This document shows positions 40,638-50,507 of a stretch of DNA of 64,000 bases, piece after piece (position 1 is the stretch's first letter; every line of letters starts with the position of its first letter). Both the position numbers and the translations under genes were made by a program. The stretch spans positions 23,216 to 87,215 of the forward strand of contig CAZTHK010000014.1 of assembly GCA_964613215.1 (NCBI GenBank), written 5' to 3'. Below the pieces are notes generated by a model. That model saw nothing but the letters and a program-made list of their open reading frames with translations, did not search any database and was not told the origin of the DNA. The stretch is from an uncultured bacterium. Lineage in GTDB: Bacteria > Krumholzibacteriota > Krumholzibacteriia > Krumholzibacteriales > CAZTHK01.

Positions 40638-43600
40638 ATGGTTAAGCGAATTCTGGAATCCAAAGTAATGCCCTGGCTTTCCCTGTTGACAGGTTTGATA
40701 GTAACCATCTTCATCATGGCTGTGATCCTGATACATACTGACTTCTTCGCTGCCAATACCGGCCGCCTTCTTTCCAGATTCATGTTCGGCGGAACAGACT
40801 TCTCCCTCTCCATAGATGAAATGGGTGGAAATAGCGTCAGTAACATAGAACTCAGGGGAGTGGTTATCAGGTACCGGGGGGAGGAATTCTCATTTGATCT
40901 GCTCCGGGTAGACAGGATAAGGATGGAATATAACCTGGTTTCGGTTTTTCAGGATAACCCATCCATTCATGAACTGATATTGGATAATCCAAGGGTTTGG
41001 CTGAAACCCGATTCAACCGGCAATCAAATTCTACCCTGGGGGGAGGGGGATAACGGAACCGGTGGTTTTCCCCGTTTTACCGTAGGAAGGTTGGAGATAG
41101 ATAAGGGGCAGGTAATTGTCCAGGGACGGGAGAAGGCTGAAGTGGTGAAGGAGATTTCCATGATCTGCGCGGTCAATTCCACTTCCAGTGAGGTATCCCT
41201 GGATGTGGTGGAGAGCAGTGCCACCAGTGTAAGAGGGGAGATGAGTCTTGAAAAGCTGACTGGCAGAATAAATGTGATAAGAAAAGATAGCTGGGAAAAG
41301 CCGGAGGGAAGACAACCGGGATACCAGATACTGCTGAGCGGATTGAGGGTTGAACTGGAGGATTCCAGATTGAGCCTGGACGGCAGGATAAATCCGGATC
41401 CCCTGGATTTGGGGATTAGTGTTAATGCCAGCCCGGCCAATATAGCTGAACTGGCCGACGTAGTGGGTATTGAAACATCTCACCGTGGCGAGATAGAGGG
41501 CAAATTCCTTCTCCGGGGGAGGCCGGACAGCCTTCAGATAGAAGGAAACTGCCATGGTGTTTTTTCCGGCTACGCCATGGAGAATCTCACTACCCGGTTG
41601 TATATAGATGAATCGGGGATAAGGGTTATGAACGTAGACGGCCAGGTGAACGGAATATCCATCAGTGGTTCGGCATTCTATTCTCTTAATGAACCGGAAA
41701 CATTCTATACCCGGCTGGGTGTTAATGAAATGGATCTGTCCCGGGGTGTGGTTCAGGGTGTTGATCTGCCCCCCACCAATTTTAACGGAGAATTGAAACT
41801 CACTTATCTTCCCGGCAGTGAGGATCTTACCTTCAACTTTGAGCTGGGGGAAGGCCATCTGGATGGTCTCCCCTTTAATAATGGTTTTTTCAGCGCTGAA
41901 TATTCGGGGGGGGTGCTTTCCATAGAAAGACTGATGCTGTCGGATCAGTCTCACTGGATGGATTCCCACGGGAAAATATGGGGAAAGGACAGTCTCAGAG
42001 TATTCTTCGAGGTAAAATGCGAGAAGGATGATACACTCTTCTCCTACTTTGATATCCAGGATTACAGAGCTGATGTGAATCTGAACTGTGTCTGGCAGGG
42101 AAACCTTGACAGCTGGAAGCTGCGTGCCAGCGGTTCCTGTCAGAGACTCGACTACAGCCATGCCTGCGTGGACAGTGGAGGAATCAAGCTGGTGATCGAC
42201 AAGAAGGACAGTTATGGTGTGCTTTTCGATCTGGAGGCGGACAGCTGCGAAGTGGGTTCATACGGTTTCGGGGGGATGAATTTATCACTGGACTATCTTA
42301 ACGGTGTAACCCAGATTAAAAAACTCTATCTGGAGAAGAAAGACCTGAATCTGGATATTATTGCCAGGGTGGTAAACAGGAATGATTCTACCATAGTCGA
42401 TATGGAGGAATTGTCCATGAATGCCCTGGGTGAGAAATGGTTGGGGGGCGGGGAATTCAGTGTGGTTTCCACTGATTCGCTGGTACAGTTCAGAGATCTT
42501 CAGTTGCATTCCAGGAAGGGAGCGGTATATCTGGATGGCAGATTCGACCGGGGGGACAGCCTTCTGGATGGTGAATTGGAGGTGGAGCGTCTGGATATGG
42601 CCCTGCTTAACAGGGCTGAGGTGGCACCGGATACACTGGGGGGTCAGGGAAGGGGTGTTTTCAAATTCAGCGGTCCGCTGGATAGTCCGGATATCTCTGC
42701 CCATTTTGGAATTACCGGAGGATGGTATGATACTCTGCAGGTTGATTCCCTGGAGGTAGCGGGGGAGTGGCGGGATAAAAAATTACTGCTGGATAGCCTG
42801 ATTATCACAACCCCCCGGGGTTATGTCAGAGGAGGGGGGGAGATAGTTGGAGTGGACACCGGTGAGTTGTACCGCAGGGGTGCGGAGGCACTTGAGCAAT
42901 CGATTTCCCGGCTGTCATTCCACTGTGAGGGGATGGAGATTTCCCCTATACTGGGGTTGATGGAACAATCCCGGCCTTCGCAGGGGTACTTCTCCGGCAA
43001 TATTATCCTTTCCGATTCGACCTTCCATCCCCGGCTCAGATTGGATGGCACCATCAGCGAAATGTATATATCCTCGGTGTATATTCCCGCCGTGGAGGTT
43101 AATATCACCGCAGACCGGAATGCTTTGGACCTGGAAGGGACAGTACATATATCACAGAACAGCACCGGTAGTCTTAAGGGCTACATTCCCCTGAAGAAAA
43201 AGAATTTCTTCTATAAGGTCGATAGGGACAGGGACTTCTCCCTGCAGCTGGAAATAGCACAGTCGGATTTCGGCAATGCTCCAGAATTAACCCGTTTTAT
43301 TGCAGAGTCATCGGGAGGGTTTTCCATGAACCTTGGTATTGCCGGCAGGTGGGAACAACCCAGTATCAACGGCGAATTTATTCTGGATGATGCCGCCCTC
43401 AGGCTCTCCGGAATGGGAGAGTATTTTCACCAGGTTAATTCCAGAATCACCCTGGATGACAGCGTTGTCAGTATAGAAAAGATGGAGGGGAAGGAAGGAA
43501 AAGAGGGTGAGTTCGAATGCCGGGGAAATATATTCCTCCGCGGCTGGAAACCGGAGAAATACCAGCTCAGAGCCAGTCTGGACAATATTCTGATAACCAG

Positions 43601-44552
43601 CGTGCCGGATATAATGGCTGGAGTCAGCGGTGATCTCACTGTGGGCATGGATACCCTGGCGGGAGGGAAAATAGTACCACTGATAGGAGGCCAGCTGGAA
43701 GTGAAAAGAGGTGAAATATACTATGATCTAAATGATTTTTCGTCGGAGCAGGGAAGCGCCACCATGGCGCCGCCCTCCTGGGTCGCCAGTGTGGATCTGG
43801 ATATTCCGGGTAATGTGTGGCTTAAAACGCCTGATGCGAAGATAGAACTTCAGGGAGAGGTCACCCTGAACCACGATCAGAGGGGAGACTATCTCAGGGG
43901 GAGGCTCCGCCTGTTGAGAGGATGGTATAATGTCTATAACAACAAGTTTCATATTAAGTCGGGGGAACTTGACTTTGTTCATGCCAGGGGATTCCGCCCG
44001 GTGGTGGATATTCAGGCCGAGACCAGGGATCCCCAGGGCAAGAAGATATACCTGAATCTGGTGTGGAATCAGGATGATGTGGAGCCCAGGCTGTCTCTGA
44101 GCCATGAAGACCCGGGATACAGCGAGACCGATATCTGGAAGATGCTGGGGGGGGGAGTGGTAGCTTCGTCCGAAGAGGGAAGTACCAGCTGGGATGCGGT
44201 AAGTACAGCTCAGAACCTGGCCGCAAATTATATAGAAAGGGTGTTGAATTCCCAGATGGAGGGTGTGACCATCGAGGTGGAATCGGCCGGTGGGAAGGCG
44301 GTAGGGGGAAGTTTCGAAGAGGAAGAAACCATGATTGCTGTTGGAAAGTACCTATCCGAAGGATTGTATGTGAAGTACAAGCAGGGGCTGTCCATCTCTT
44401 CAGCCAAACAGATAGAGGTGGAATACAGAATAAGTGATCTCTTTCTGATACGCTCCCAGATAATAAGGTATTCGGAGAAAGCGCTGAAGAGTGAGAGCCA
44501 GCGGGCCGGTGACGAGGTAAATGTGGATATTAAATTAAGATGGGAATTCTAG
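40638..44552 (+). CDS. tamB: translocation and assembly module protein TamB (AsmA-like, DUF490 C-terminus)
   Basis: 1304 aa, with a single N-terminal TM anchor, a long beta-rich repetitive body and a C-terminal GKYLSEGLYVKYKQGLS...VEYRISDLFLIRSQ typical of TamB. Confidence 0.85.
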   Translation: MVKRILESKVMPWLSLLTGLIVTIFIMAVILIHTDFFAANTGRLLSRFMFGGTDFSLSIDEMGGNSVSNIELRGVVIRYRGEEFSFDLLRVDRIRMEYNLVSVFQDNPSIHELILDNPRVWLKPDSTGNQILPWGEGDNGTGGFPRFTVGRLEIDKGQVIVQGREKAEVVKEISMICAVNSTSSEVSLDVVESSATSVRGEMSLEKLTGRINVIRKDSWEKPEGRQPGYQILLSGLRVELEDSRLSLDGRINPDPLDLGISVNASPANIAELADVVGIETSHRGEIEGKFLLRGRPDSLQIEGNCHGVFSGYAMENLTTRLYIDESGIRVMNVDGQVNGISISGSAFYSLNEPETFYTRLGVNEMDLSRGVVQGVDLPPTNFNGELKLTYLPGSEDLTFNFELGEGHLDGLPFNNGFFSAEYSGGVLSIERLMLSDQSHWMDSHGKIWGKDSLRVFFEVKCEKDDTLFSYFDIQDYRADVNLNCVWQGNLDSWKLRASGSCQRLDYSHACVDSGGIKLVIDKKDSYGVLFDLEADSCEVGSYGFGGMNLSLDYLNGVTQIKKLYLEKKDLNLDIIARVVNRNDSTIVDMEELSMNALGEKWLGGGEFSVVSTDSLVQFRDLQLHSRKGAVYLDGRFDRGDSLLDGELEVERLDMALLNRAEVAPDTLGGQGRGVFKFSGPLDSPDISAHFGITGGWYDTLQVDSLEVAGEWRDKKLLLDSLIITTPRGYVRGGGEIVGVDTGELYRRGAEALEQSISRLSFHCEGMEISPILGLMEQSRPSQGYFSGNIILSDSTFHPRLRLDGTISEMYISSVYIPAVEVNITADRNALDLEGTVHISQNSTGSLKGYIPLKKKNFFYKVDRDRDFSLQLEIAQSDFGNAPELTRFIAESSGGFSMNLGIAGRWEQPSINGEFILDDAALRLSGMGEYFHQVNSRITLDDSVVSIEKMEGKEGKEGEFECRGNIFLRGWKPEKYQLRASLDNILITSVPDIMAGVSGDLTVGMDTLAGGKIVPLIGGQLEVKRGEIYYDLNDFSSEQGSATMAPPSWVASVDLDIPGNVWLKTPDAKIELQGEVTLNHDQRGDYLRGRLRLLRGWYNVYNNKFHIKSGELDFVHARGFRPVVDIQAETRDPQGKKIYLNLVWNQDDVEPRLSLSHEDPGYSETDIWKMLGGGVVASSEEGSTSWDAVSTAQNLAANYIERVLNSQMEGVTIEVESAGGKAVGGSFEEEETMIAVGKYLSEGLYVKYKQGLSISSAKQIEVEYRISDLFLIRSQIIRYSEKALKSESQRAGDEVNVDIKLRWEF

Positions 44553-44620
44553 CGGTGTAATCTTCTTGAAGTGGGGCTGGTTTAAACATATTTTATAGAT
44601 GTAATCGAACTGAAGGGAAC

Positions 44621-47600
44621 ATGTTGAGAAGAAGAATCAAAGATGCCCTCATTATATATGCGGCTGTGGCAGTGATGCTTGCAGTGGTCCATTCTCCCGC
44701 CAATTCCCAGGGTGTGTATTTCGGGAAGAACAAGGTTCAGTACAAGGACTTCCAGTGGAAAATACTCAAAACACCCCACTTTGACATTCACTTCAATGAA
44801 GGTTACCGGAAGCTGGCCGCCCGTACAGCTGTGGTCCTGGAGCACGGTTATAAAAAGCTCTCCCTGGATTTCAACCATGGTATCCCATGGAGGATACCGG
44901 TAATACTGTATGGGAGCCATTCCGATTTCCAGCAAACCAACGTCACCTGGAGTCTTATTCCGGAGGGCGTACAGGCCTTCGCTGAGCCCACTCACAAACG
45001 GATAGTGCTTCATTACAGCGGCTCGAATAACTCCTTTACTCATACAGCAATACATGAGCTGACCCATATATTCGAATTCGATATCATCTACGGAAGCCTG
45101 CTTAAATCGGTCTTCTCCAGAACCATGCTGTTCGGGGTGCCCCTCTGGTTCATGGAGGGGATCTCCGAGTACTACTCCATCGGCTACGATAGAGAGGCAG
45201 AGATGTTCATGCGGGATGCCACCGTATTCGGCTATCTTCCCTACAGCCTCGACTATGCCAGGGGCTATATGGTCTATAAAGCGGGGCAGAGTGTTTTAGA
45301 ATATATCAACAGGATATACGGCCCCGAAAAGGTCATAGAGATCATGGATAATACCGGCTATATGAGATCTCTGGAGCGGGCCCTTAAGACATCCATAGGA
45401 ATATCTACCGAGGAGCTCACCCGCAAGTGGAAGAAGGATCTCAGAAGAAGATACTGGGGGCTTTATGCCGACAGGAAGGAACCGGAGGCCTACGGGAGGA
45501 GGCTGACCGATCATATCAAGGGTCATCATTACATGAACACCAAACCTGTTTTCTCTCCAGACGGAGAGGCTATAGTATTCTATTCCGACAGGAAGGGGCT
45601 GGACGGAATCTATCTTATCAATGCAATAACCGGTGAGATAGAGAAACATCTCATTACCGGCTCCATGTCAGTGGAATTCGAATCCATCCGCAGTATGAAA
45701 TCATCACTTACCTTCAGCCCGGATGGTTCCATGATCACTTTCGTGGCTAAATCGGATGGAAGGGACCGGCTGTTTATCCTGGATGTAGAGGATGGCGATA
45801 CCCGGAGAAAGATAGATTTGCCCCTGGATTTCTTCTACAGCCCGGCCTGGTCCCCCGGGGGGAACAGAATAGCGATGGTAGGGTGTGTGAAAGGACAGAC
45901 GGACCTGTTCATATATAATATGGAAAACGGGAGGGTTAAGCAGATAACCGATAATGTGGATAACGAGAGTGATCCGGCATGGTTTCCGGATGGTTCGGAG
46001 ATATTGTACAGCCGTTCACCCATGACCATGAAGGAGCCGGTTTTCAGAACGGACAGTGCCGGTGTGGAAAGGCTGGCTGGTATAGATTTTCAGTCGCTGG
46101 ACAATGTCAGGTATACGGAGGGAGATATCTGGAGTGTGAATGCGGTTACCGGGGAACAAAGGGAGTGTATAGCCACCAGCGGTAACGACAGCAGCCCCCT
46201 GGTCATATCCGGAGGAAAGGAGATAATTTTTACCTCCGATGAGAGTGGTATTACCAACCTTTACCGGGGAAGCCTGGAGATGGGAAGTTATTACCGGTTT
46301 ACCGATGTACTGGGAGGTCTGTTTGAGCCGGACTACGCTGAAGAGGATGACAGACTGGTTTTCTCCGCTTTTAACACCGCCGGGTACGATCTGTTTATCA
46401 TGGATAACTTCAGCCGGAAGGTTCAGAGATCATATTCCACCGGTGGTCCTGTAGTGGCTGCTACTGCAGAGGAGGAAAGCAATCTGGAGGAGGTAGAAAA
46501 ACCAGGCCGGTCGGATACTACCATCTCCCGGCCGGTCGGGTCCGAAGATGTGGCGGCAGCTGTTGACACCACTGGTTTGACTGGAAATGAAGAGGTTGAG
46601 GTTCCCCCGGAGGAGGATGAAGTAACCGGTTCAATCTCCGGGGAGGTGGAGCTGGCAGAGAAGAGGGCAACTCAAATATCCCGGCCCGGCAATGATTATC
46701 CGGCTCCGGATGATTATTCGCCGGTATCGGTGGATGTTGATGCCGAGGATGTTCATCCGGATAGCCTGAAAGCAGCGAAAAAGAGGATGAAGAAGAGAGT
46801 GGGAACAGTGGAGCCATACCAGATCGAGTTTTCCCCCGATTATATTGGGAACGGAATGGGGCTGTTCTTCTCCACAGGTTTCGGGTTCGGCCTTATGAAC
46901 CAGATAGCTTTCAGCGATCTGCTGGGCGATCATCACATGTTTCTGTCTTTCAATATTTACAGATCACTGGAGGATAGTGATTTTCTGTTTTCCTACTACT
47001 ATCTCAAGAACAGGATAGACTATGCAGTGGGGGTATTCCAGTTCAACAATTATCTTAACTCCAGGGGGACCTCTATAGGGGAGACCTTCACCGATTACAG
47101 GTATTTCACCGAACGGAATTATGGCCTGTTCGGTATGGTTAGCTTCCCCTTTTCCACCTTCGACAGGGTAGACCTGGAGTTTCAAGGCTTTATTTCAGAG
47201 AGGCGCTTCTTCGATTATGTCCAGTATGACGAATACGGTTACACTATCATTCCCGGAGAGGAATCCAAACGGAGGCTTTTTCAGCCCACTATCTCCTTCG
47301 TTCATGATTCGGCTTACTTCGGGTCCTTCGGCCCGGTAATTGGTTCCAGATGGATGGCCAGTGTTTCCAGGTCCATTTCCTTCTCCGGCAGTGATGTTTC
47401 CAGAACCACCGCCTATCTGGACTACCGTAAGTATCTTCCCCTGTTCTACAGAAATTATCTGGCCTTCAGGGCTATCGGTGCCATCAGCGAGGGGGACGAC
47501 CAGAGATACTTTTATCTGGGCGGACCCATGACCATGAGGGGATATGACTATCTACAGTTCTCCGGGCCCAGAATGATGCTGTTCAACCTGGAGTACCGCT

Positions 47601-47905
47601 TTCCCATGATAGATCAACTGGTTTTCGGCTGGCCCGGAAGGTGGGGTATAAGTAATATCGGTGGAACACTTTTTCTGGACAGCGGGGCGGTGTGGGGGGA
47701 GGGCACCTTCAAAGAAAGATTACCGGCCGGTATCGAATCCAGGACCATAGGGGGGTTGGATGAATATGAATTCTACAGTGATTTTGGTCTGGGTTTCTAT
47801 CTCAGATTTGGTTATTTGATATTGAATTTCCAGCTGGGCTGGCCCACCGATTTCTCCAGGACCGGGGAGCCGGTATTCCACTTTTACATTGGTCCTCAAT
47901 TCTAA
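44621..47905 (+). CDS. chimeric outer-membrane protein: HExxH zincin (Peptidase_MA-like) domain + PD40/TolB-like beta-propeller + acidic linker + Omp85-type beta-barrel
   Basis: It has a signal peptide, HELTH (45053-45067) with a downstream WFMEGISEYY, and repeated FSPDG/WSPGG/WFPDG propeller motifs. The C-terminal barrel has LGGPMTMRGYDY, NLEYRFPM, GGTLFLDSGAVW and a terminal ...IGPQF, which parallels the upstream Omp85. Confidence 0.8.
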   Translation: MLRRRIKDALIIYAAVAVMLAVVHSPANSQGVYFGKNKVQYKDFQWKILKTPHFDIHFNEGYRKLAARTAVVLEHGYKKLSLDFNHGIPWRIPVILYGSHSDFQQTNVTWSLIPEGVQAFAEPTHKRIVLHYSGSNNSFTHTAIHELTHIFEFDIIYGSLLKSVFSRTMLFGVPLWFMEGISEYYSIGYDREAEMFMRDATVFGYLPYSLDYARGYMVYKAGQSVLEYINRIYGPEKVIEIMDNTGYMRSLERALKTSIGISTEELTRKWKKDLRRRYWGLYADRKEPEAYGRRLTDHIKGHHYMNTKPVFSPDGEAIVFYSDRKGLDGIYLINAITGEIEKHLITGSMSVEFESIRSMKSSLTFSPDGSMITFVAKSDGRDRLFILDVEDGDTRRKIDLPLDFFYSPAWSPGGNRIAMVGCVKGQTDLFIYNMENGRVKQITDNVDNESDPAWFPDGSEILYSRSPMTMKEPVFRTDSAGVERLAGIDFQSLDNVRYTEGDIWSVNAVTGEQRECIATSGNDSSPLVISGGKEIIFTSDESGITNLYRGSLEMGSYYRFTDVLGGLFEPDYAEEDDRLVFSAFNTAGYDLFIMDNFSRKVQRSYSTGGPVVAATAEEESNLEEVEKPGRSDTTISRPVGSEDVAAAVDTTGLTGNEEVEVPPEEDEVTGSISGEVELAEKRATQISRPGNDYPAPDDYSPVSVDVDAEDVHPDSLKAAKKRMKKRVGTVEPYQIEFSPDYIGNGMGLFFSTGFGFGLMNQIAFSDLLGDHHMFLSFNIYRSLEDSDFLFSYYYLKNRIDYAVGVFQFNNYLNSRGTSIGETFTDYRYFTERNYGLFGMVSFPFSTFDRVDLEFQGFISERRFFDYVQYDEYGYTIIPGEESKRRLFQPTISFVHDSAYFGSFGPVIGSRWMASVSRSISFSGSDVSRTTAYLDYRKYLPLFYRNYLAFRAIGAISEGDDQRYFYLGGPMTMRGYDYLQFSGPRMMLFNLEYRFPMIDQLVFGWPGRWGISNIGGTLFLDSGAVWGEGTFKERLPAGIESRTIGGLDEYEFYSDFGLGFYLRFGYLILNFQLGWPTDFSRTGEPVFHFYIGPQF

Positions 47906-47942
47906 TAAAATATGAACAGTTGTTTGCCGGGATGATACGGAT

Positions 47943-50090
47943 ATGAGTAAACTTAATCCGCAACAGAAAAAGGCCGTAGAAACCACAGAGGGGCCGGTTC
48001 TGGTACTGGCTGGAGCAGGCAGCGGAAAGACCAGAGTGCTCACCGAGAGGGTGGCTCACCTGATAAGGGACCTGGGAGTTTCCCCGGCCCGTATTCTGGC
48101 TTTTACCTTTACCAATAAAGCGGCCGGAGAGATGAGAGCCAGGGTACACAGGCTTCTGGGTACCCGGGATTTACCATTCTGGGTGGGTACCTTTCATGCC
48201 ACCGGGGTAAGGATACTAAGAAAAGAGGCGGATTATCTTAACTTCGGGAGGGATTTCGCCATCTATGACCAGGATGATTCCACCGCCCTGATAAAGGAGA
48301 TAGTAAAGAGTAAAAACTGGAGTCTGGATGAATGTTCCCCCCGGGTGTTCAGGGATAGAATATCCAGATGGAAGAACTCGCTGGTTACACCGGAGGAGGC
48401 GGCTGATAAGGCGGCCGACCGCCAGGATGAACTTCAGGCTGTGATTTACCGCAGCTATACGGCTGCCCTGGAGCGCTGCAATGCTCTGGATTTCGATGAT
48501 CTGATCACCAGGGTGGTAGAGCTGTTTACCGCCCATCCCAGGGTCAAGGAGAGATATGCCAGGCAGTTCCGCTATGTTCACGTGGATGAGTTTCAGGATA
48601 CCAATAAGATTCAGATGCTGATGATTGATCTTCTCTCCTCCCGCCACCGGAATCTTTTCGTGGTGGGTGACGATGATCAGGCCATATACGGATGGAGGGG
48701 TGCCACGGTGGAAAATATACTTCAGTTCGACCGGATATACAGTGATGTGCTTACCATCAGGCTGGAGGAGAATTACCGTTCCACCAATACCATACTGAGA
48801 GCTGCCAACAGTCTTATCTCCTGTAACCAGGGCAGGAAGGGAAAAAGTCTGTGGTCTGCAGGTGAAGAGGGGGAGCCTATAGAAATATATCAGGTGATGG
48901 ATGAAGAAGATGAGGGAAGGGTGGTCAGGGAGAAGATAATGGAACTTATCAGAAGGGGCTGGAGCAGAAATGATATTGCGGTGCTGTACCGTACCAATGC
49001 CCAGTCCAGGGCTCTGGAGAAGGCTATGAGGGAAGGGGGGCTGGCCTATCAGATAGTGGGTGGTACCAGGTTTTATGAACGGATGGAGATCAGGGATCTG
49101 CTGGGATATCTCAAAGTTATAAACAATCCCCGGGATGAGGTGAATTTCCGGAGAATCGTTAAAGTCCCCAGGAGGGGCATAGGGGCTGCCACCCTTGAAA
49201 AAATCGGGAAGGCATCCGGTGGAGAGAGCACGCTTCCGGCAATAAAGAAGAAGGAGGTACTGGCTGCCATTCCTTCCGCCCGGCGGAAGAGGGTGAAGAA
49301 GTTCTCCAGCATGATGAGCAGGCTGGAGCTGGAGTCCCGGACCGAAACGGTGGATCAGCTGCTTCGTTCGGTTATAGAAGAAACCGGTTATCGGCAATAT
49401 CTGGAGGGTGACCCCTCTACCGCCCAGAACCGTAAGGAGAACGTGGATGAACTCCTGGTGGAGACCAGGCGGTTCGTGGAGTCATCGGAAGATAAGAGCC
49501 TGGCCGCCTTCCTGGAAGAGATTGCCCTGATCAGCGATATAGATACCATGAAAGAGGACCAGTCGGTCTCGCTGATGACCCTGCATAATTCAAAGGGGCT
49601 TGAATTCAGGGGGGTCTTTATTACCGGAATGGAAGAGGGGCTGTTGCCCCATTATTCCAGTTTCGAGTCCACCGCTGAGCTGGAGGAGGAGAGGAGACTA
49701 TTCTATGTGGGGATGACCAGAACCAGGGAAAAGCTTTATCTCTTATGCTCGGATAACCGGATGAGATACGGAAGCTGGGAGGGAAGCCGGCCATCCCGTT
49801 TTCTGGATGAGATACGGGATCATTGCCTGGTACAGAAGGAGACCGGGGATATACCATCTCTGGGAATGGACGCTCTCAGCTCCATGGGACAGGAGATTGC
49901 GCAGGACAGGAGGGTGAGCTCCCGGAACAGCCGCTACCGGGTGGGAGCCCGGATCGATCATCCCGCCTTCGGGAGGGGGAGGATAAGCAAACTGGAAGGA
50001 GGTGGTGATGACCTGATGGTAACGGTCAAATTCGACGGCAGACCCCCCAAGAAATTCCTGGCCAGGTATGCTCCCTTCCGGTTTGTATGA
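47943..50090 (+). CDS. uvrD: ATP-dependent DNA helicase, UvrD/PcrA family
   Basis: It has LNPQQKKAV, Walker A AGAGSGKT, DEFQDTN, VGDDDQAIYGWRGA, helicase motifs V/VI (TLHNSKGLEF, YVGMTRTRE) and a C-terminal Tudor-like HPAFGRG. Confidence 0.95.
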   Translation: MSKLNPQQKKAVETTEGPVLVLAGAGSGKTRVLTERVAHLIRDLGVSPARILAFTFTNKAAGEMRARVHRLLGTRDLPFWVGTFHATGVRILRKEADYLNFGRDFAIYDQDDSTALIKEIVKSKNWSLDECSPRVFRDRISRWKNSLVTPEEAADKAADRQDELQAVIYRSYTAALERCNALDFDDLITRVVELFTAHPRVKERYARQFRYVHVDEFQDTNKIQMLMIDLLSSRHRNLFVVGDDDQAIYGWRGATVENILQFDRIYSDVLTIRLEENYRSTNTILRAANSLISCNQGRKGKSLWSAGEEGEPIEIYQVMDEEDEGRVVREKIMELIRRGWSRNDIAVLYRTNAQSRALEKAMREGGLAYQIVGGTRFYERMEIRDLLGYLKVINNPRDEVNFRRIVKVPRRGIGAATLEKIGKASGGESTLPAIKKKEVLAAIPSARRKRVKKFSSMMSRLELESRTETVDQLLRSVIEETGYRQYLEGDPSTAQNRKENVDELLVETRRFVESSEDKSLAAFLEEIALISDIDTMKEDQSVSLMTLHNSKGLEFRGVFITGMEEGLLPHYSSFESTAELEEERRLFYVGMTRTREKLYLLCSDNRMRYGSWEGSRPSRFLDEIRDHCLVQKETGDIPSLGMDALSSMGQEIAQDRRVSSRNSRYRVGARIDHPAFGRGRISKLEGGGDDLMVTVKFDGRPPKKFLARYAPFRFV

Positions 50091-50152
50091 CCGGGGATGG
50101 TGTATACTGCTGATTAAGCTGTGATAAAATTCAGTCTGATTCAATGGAGCTT

Positions 50153-50182
50153 ATCCAACCCTCCCGCCGGTCAGGGTTGGAT
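50153..50182 (+). terminator. putative terminator hairpin after uvrD
   Basis: It has a perfect 10-bp stem ATCCAACCCT / AGGGTTGGAT with a 10-nt loop, followed by the A/T-rich ATATTCTATT, which is a weak U-tract. Confidence 0.5.
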
Positions 50183-50479
50183 ATATTCTATTACCTGATG
50201 GTTTAGCATGATCCATCCGCCGGCGATGCTGAAAGCCGCAGGCGGCCGCACATTTGTCTCATCTCTACCTCATTTTCGAATGTGCTACTTGCTCCCGAAT
50301 TGCTGTAGTTGAAAGTGGTCTGAATCTTCTACCTTCCTGGTGACAGTCCGTTGAGAGTGCAGGTAAGATCCAGGGAAAAATCAAACCTGGAGACGGGGGT
50401 GGCATGATCGAAAAGGTATGCCTTCTCCTGTCGCGCCAGGATTTTTCCCTCCCCTGATTCCGCCCTCTCCGGAATGAGG

Positions 50480-50507
50480 TTGACACGGTTGAGCCATTGT
50501 ATATAGT
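50480..50507 (+). promoter_or_regulatory. putative sigma-70 promoter of gatCAB
   Basis: TTGACA (50480-50485), a 16-nt spacer, then TATAGT (50502-50507), about 70 nt upstream of gatC. Confidence 0.4.

Noticed and set aside
41031-42161. A 376-aa minus-strand ORF.
   Set aside because: It is antisense to tamB and has no motifs. tamB is continuous through this region.
48216-49397. A 393-aa minus-strand ORF.
   Set aside because: It is antisense to uvrD, whose helicase motifs are continuous through the region.
50300-50350. An SRP-RNA-like GGAAGG element on the minus strand (CACCAGGAAGGTAG).
   Set aside because: The flanking sequence does not form the conserved domain IV helix with its symmetric and asymmetric loops, and there is no matching closing stem.
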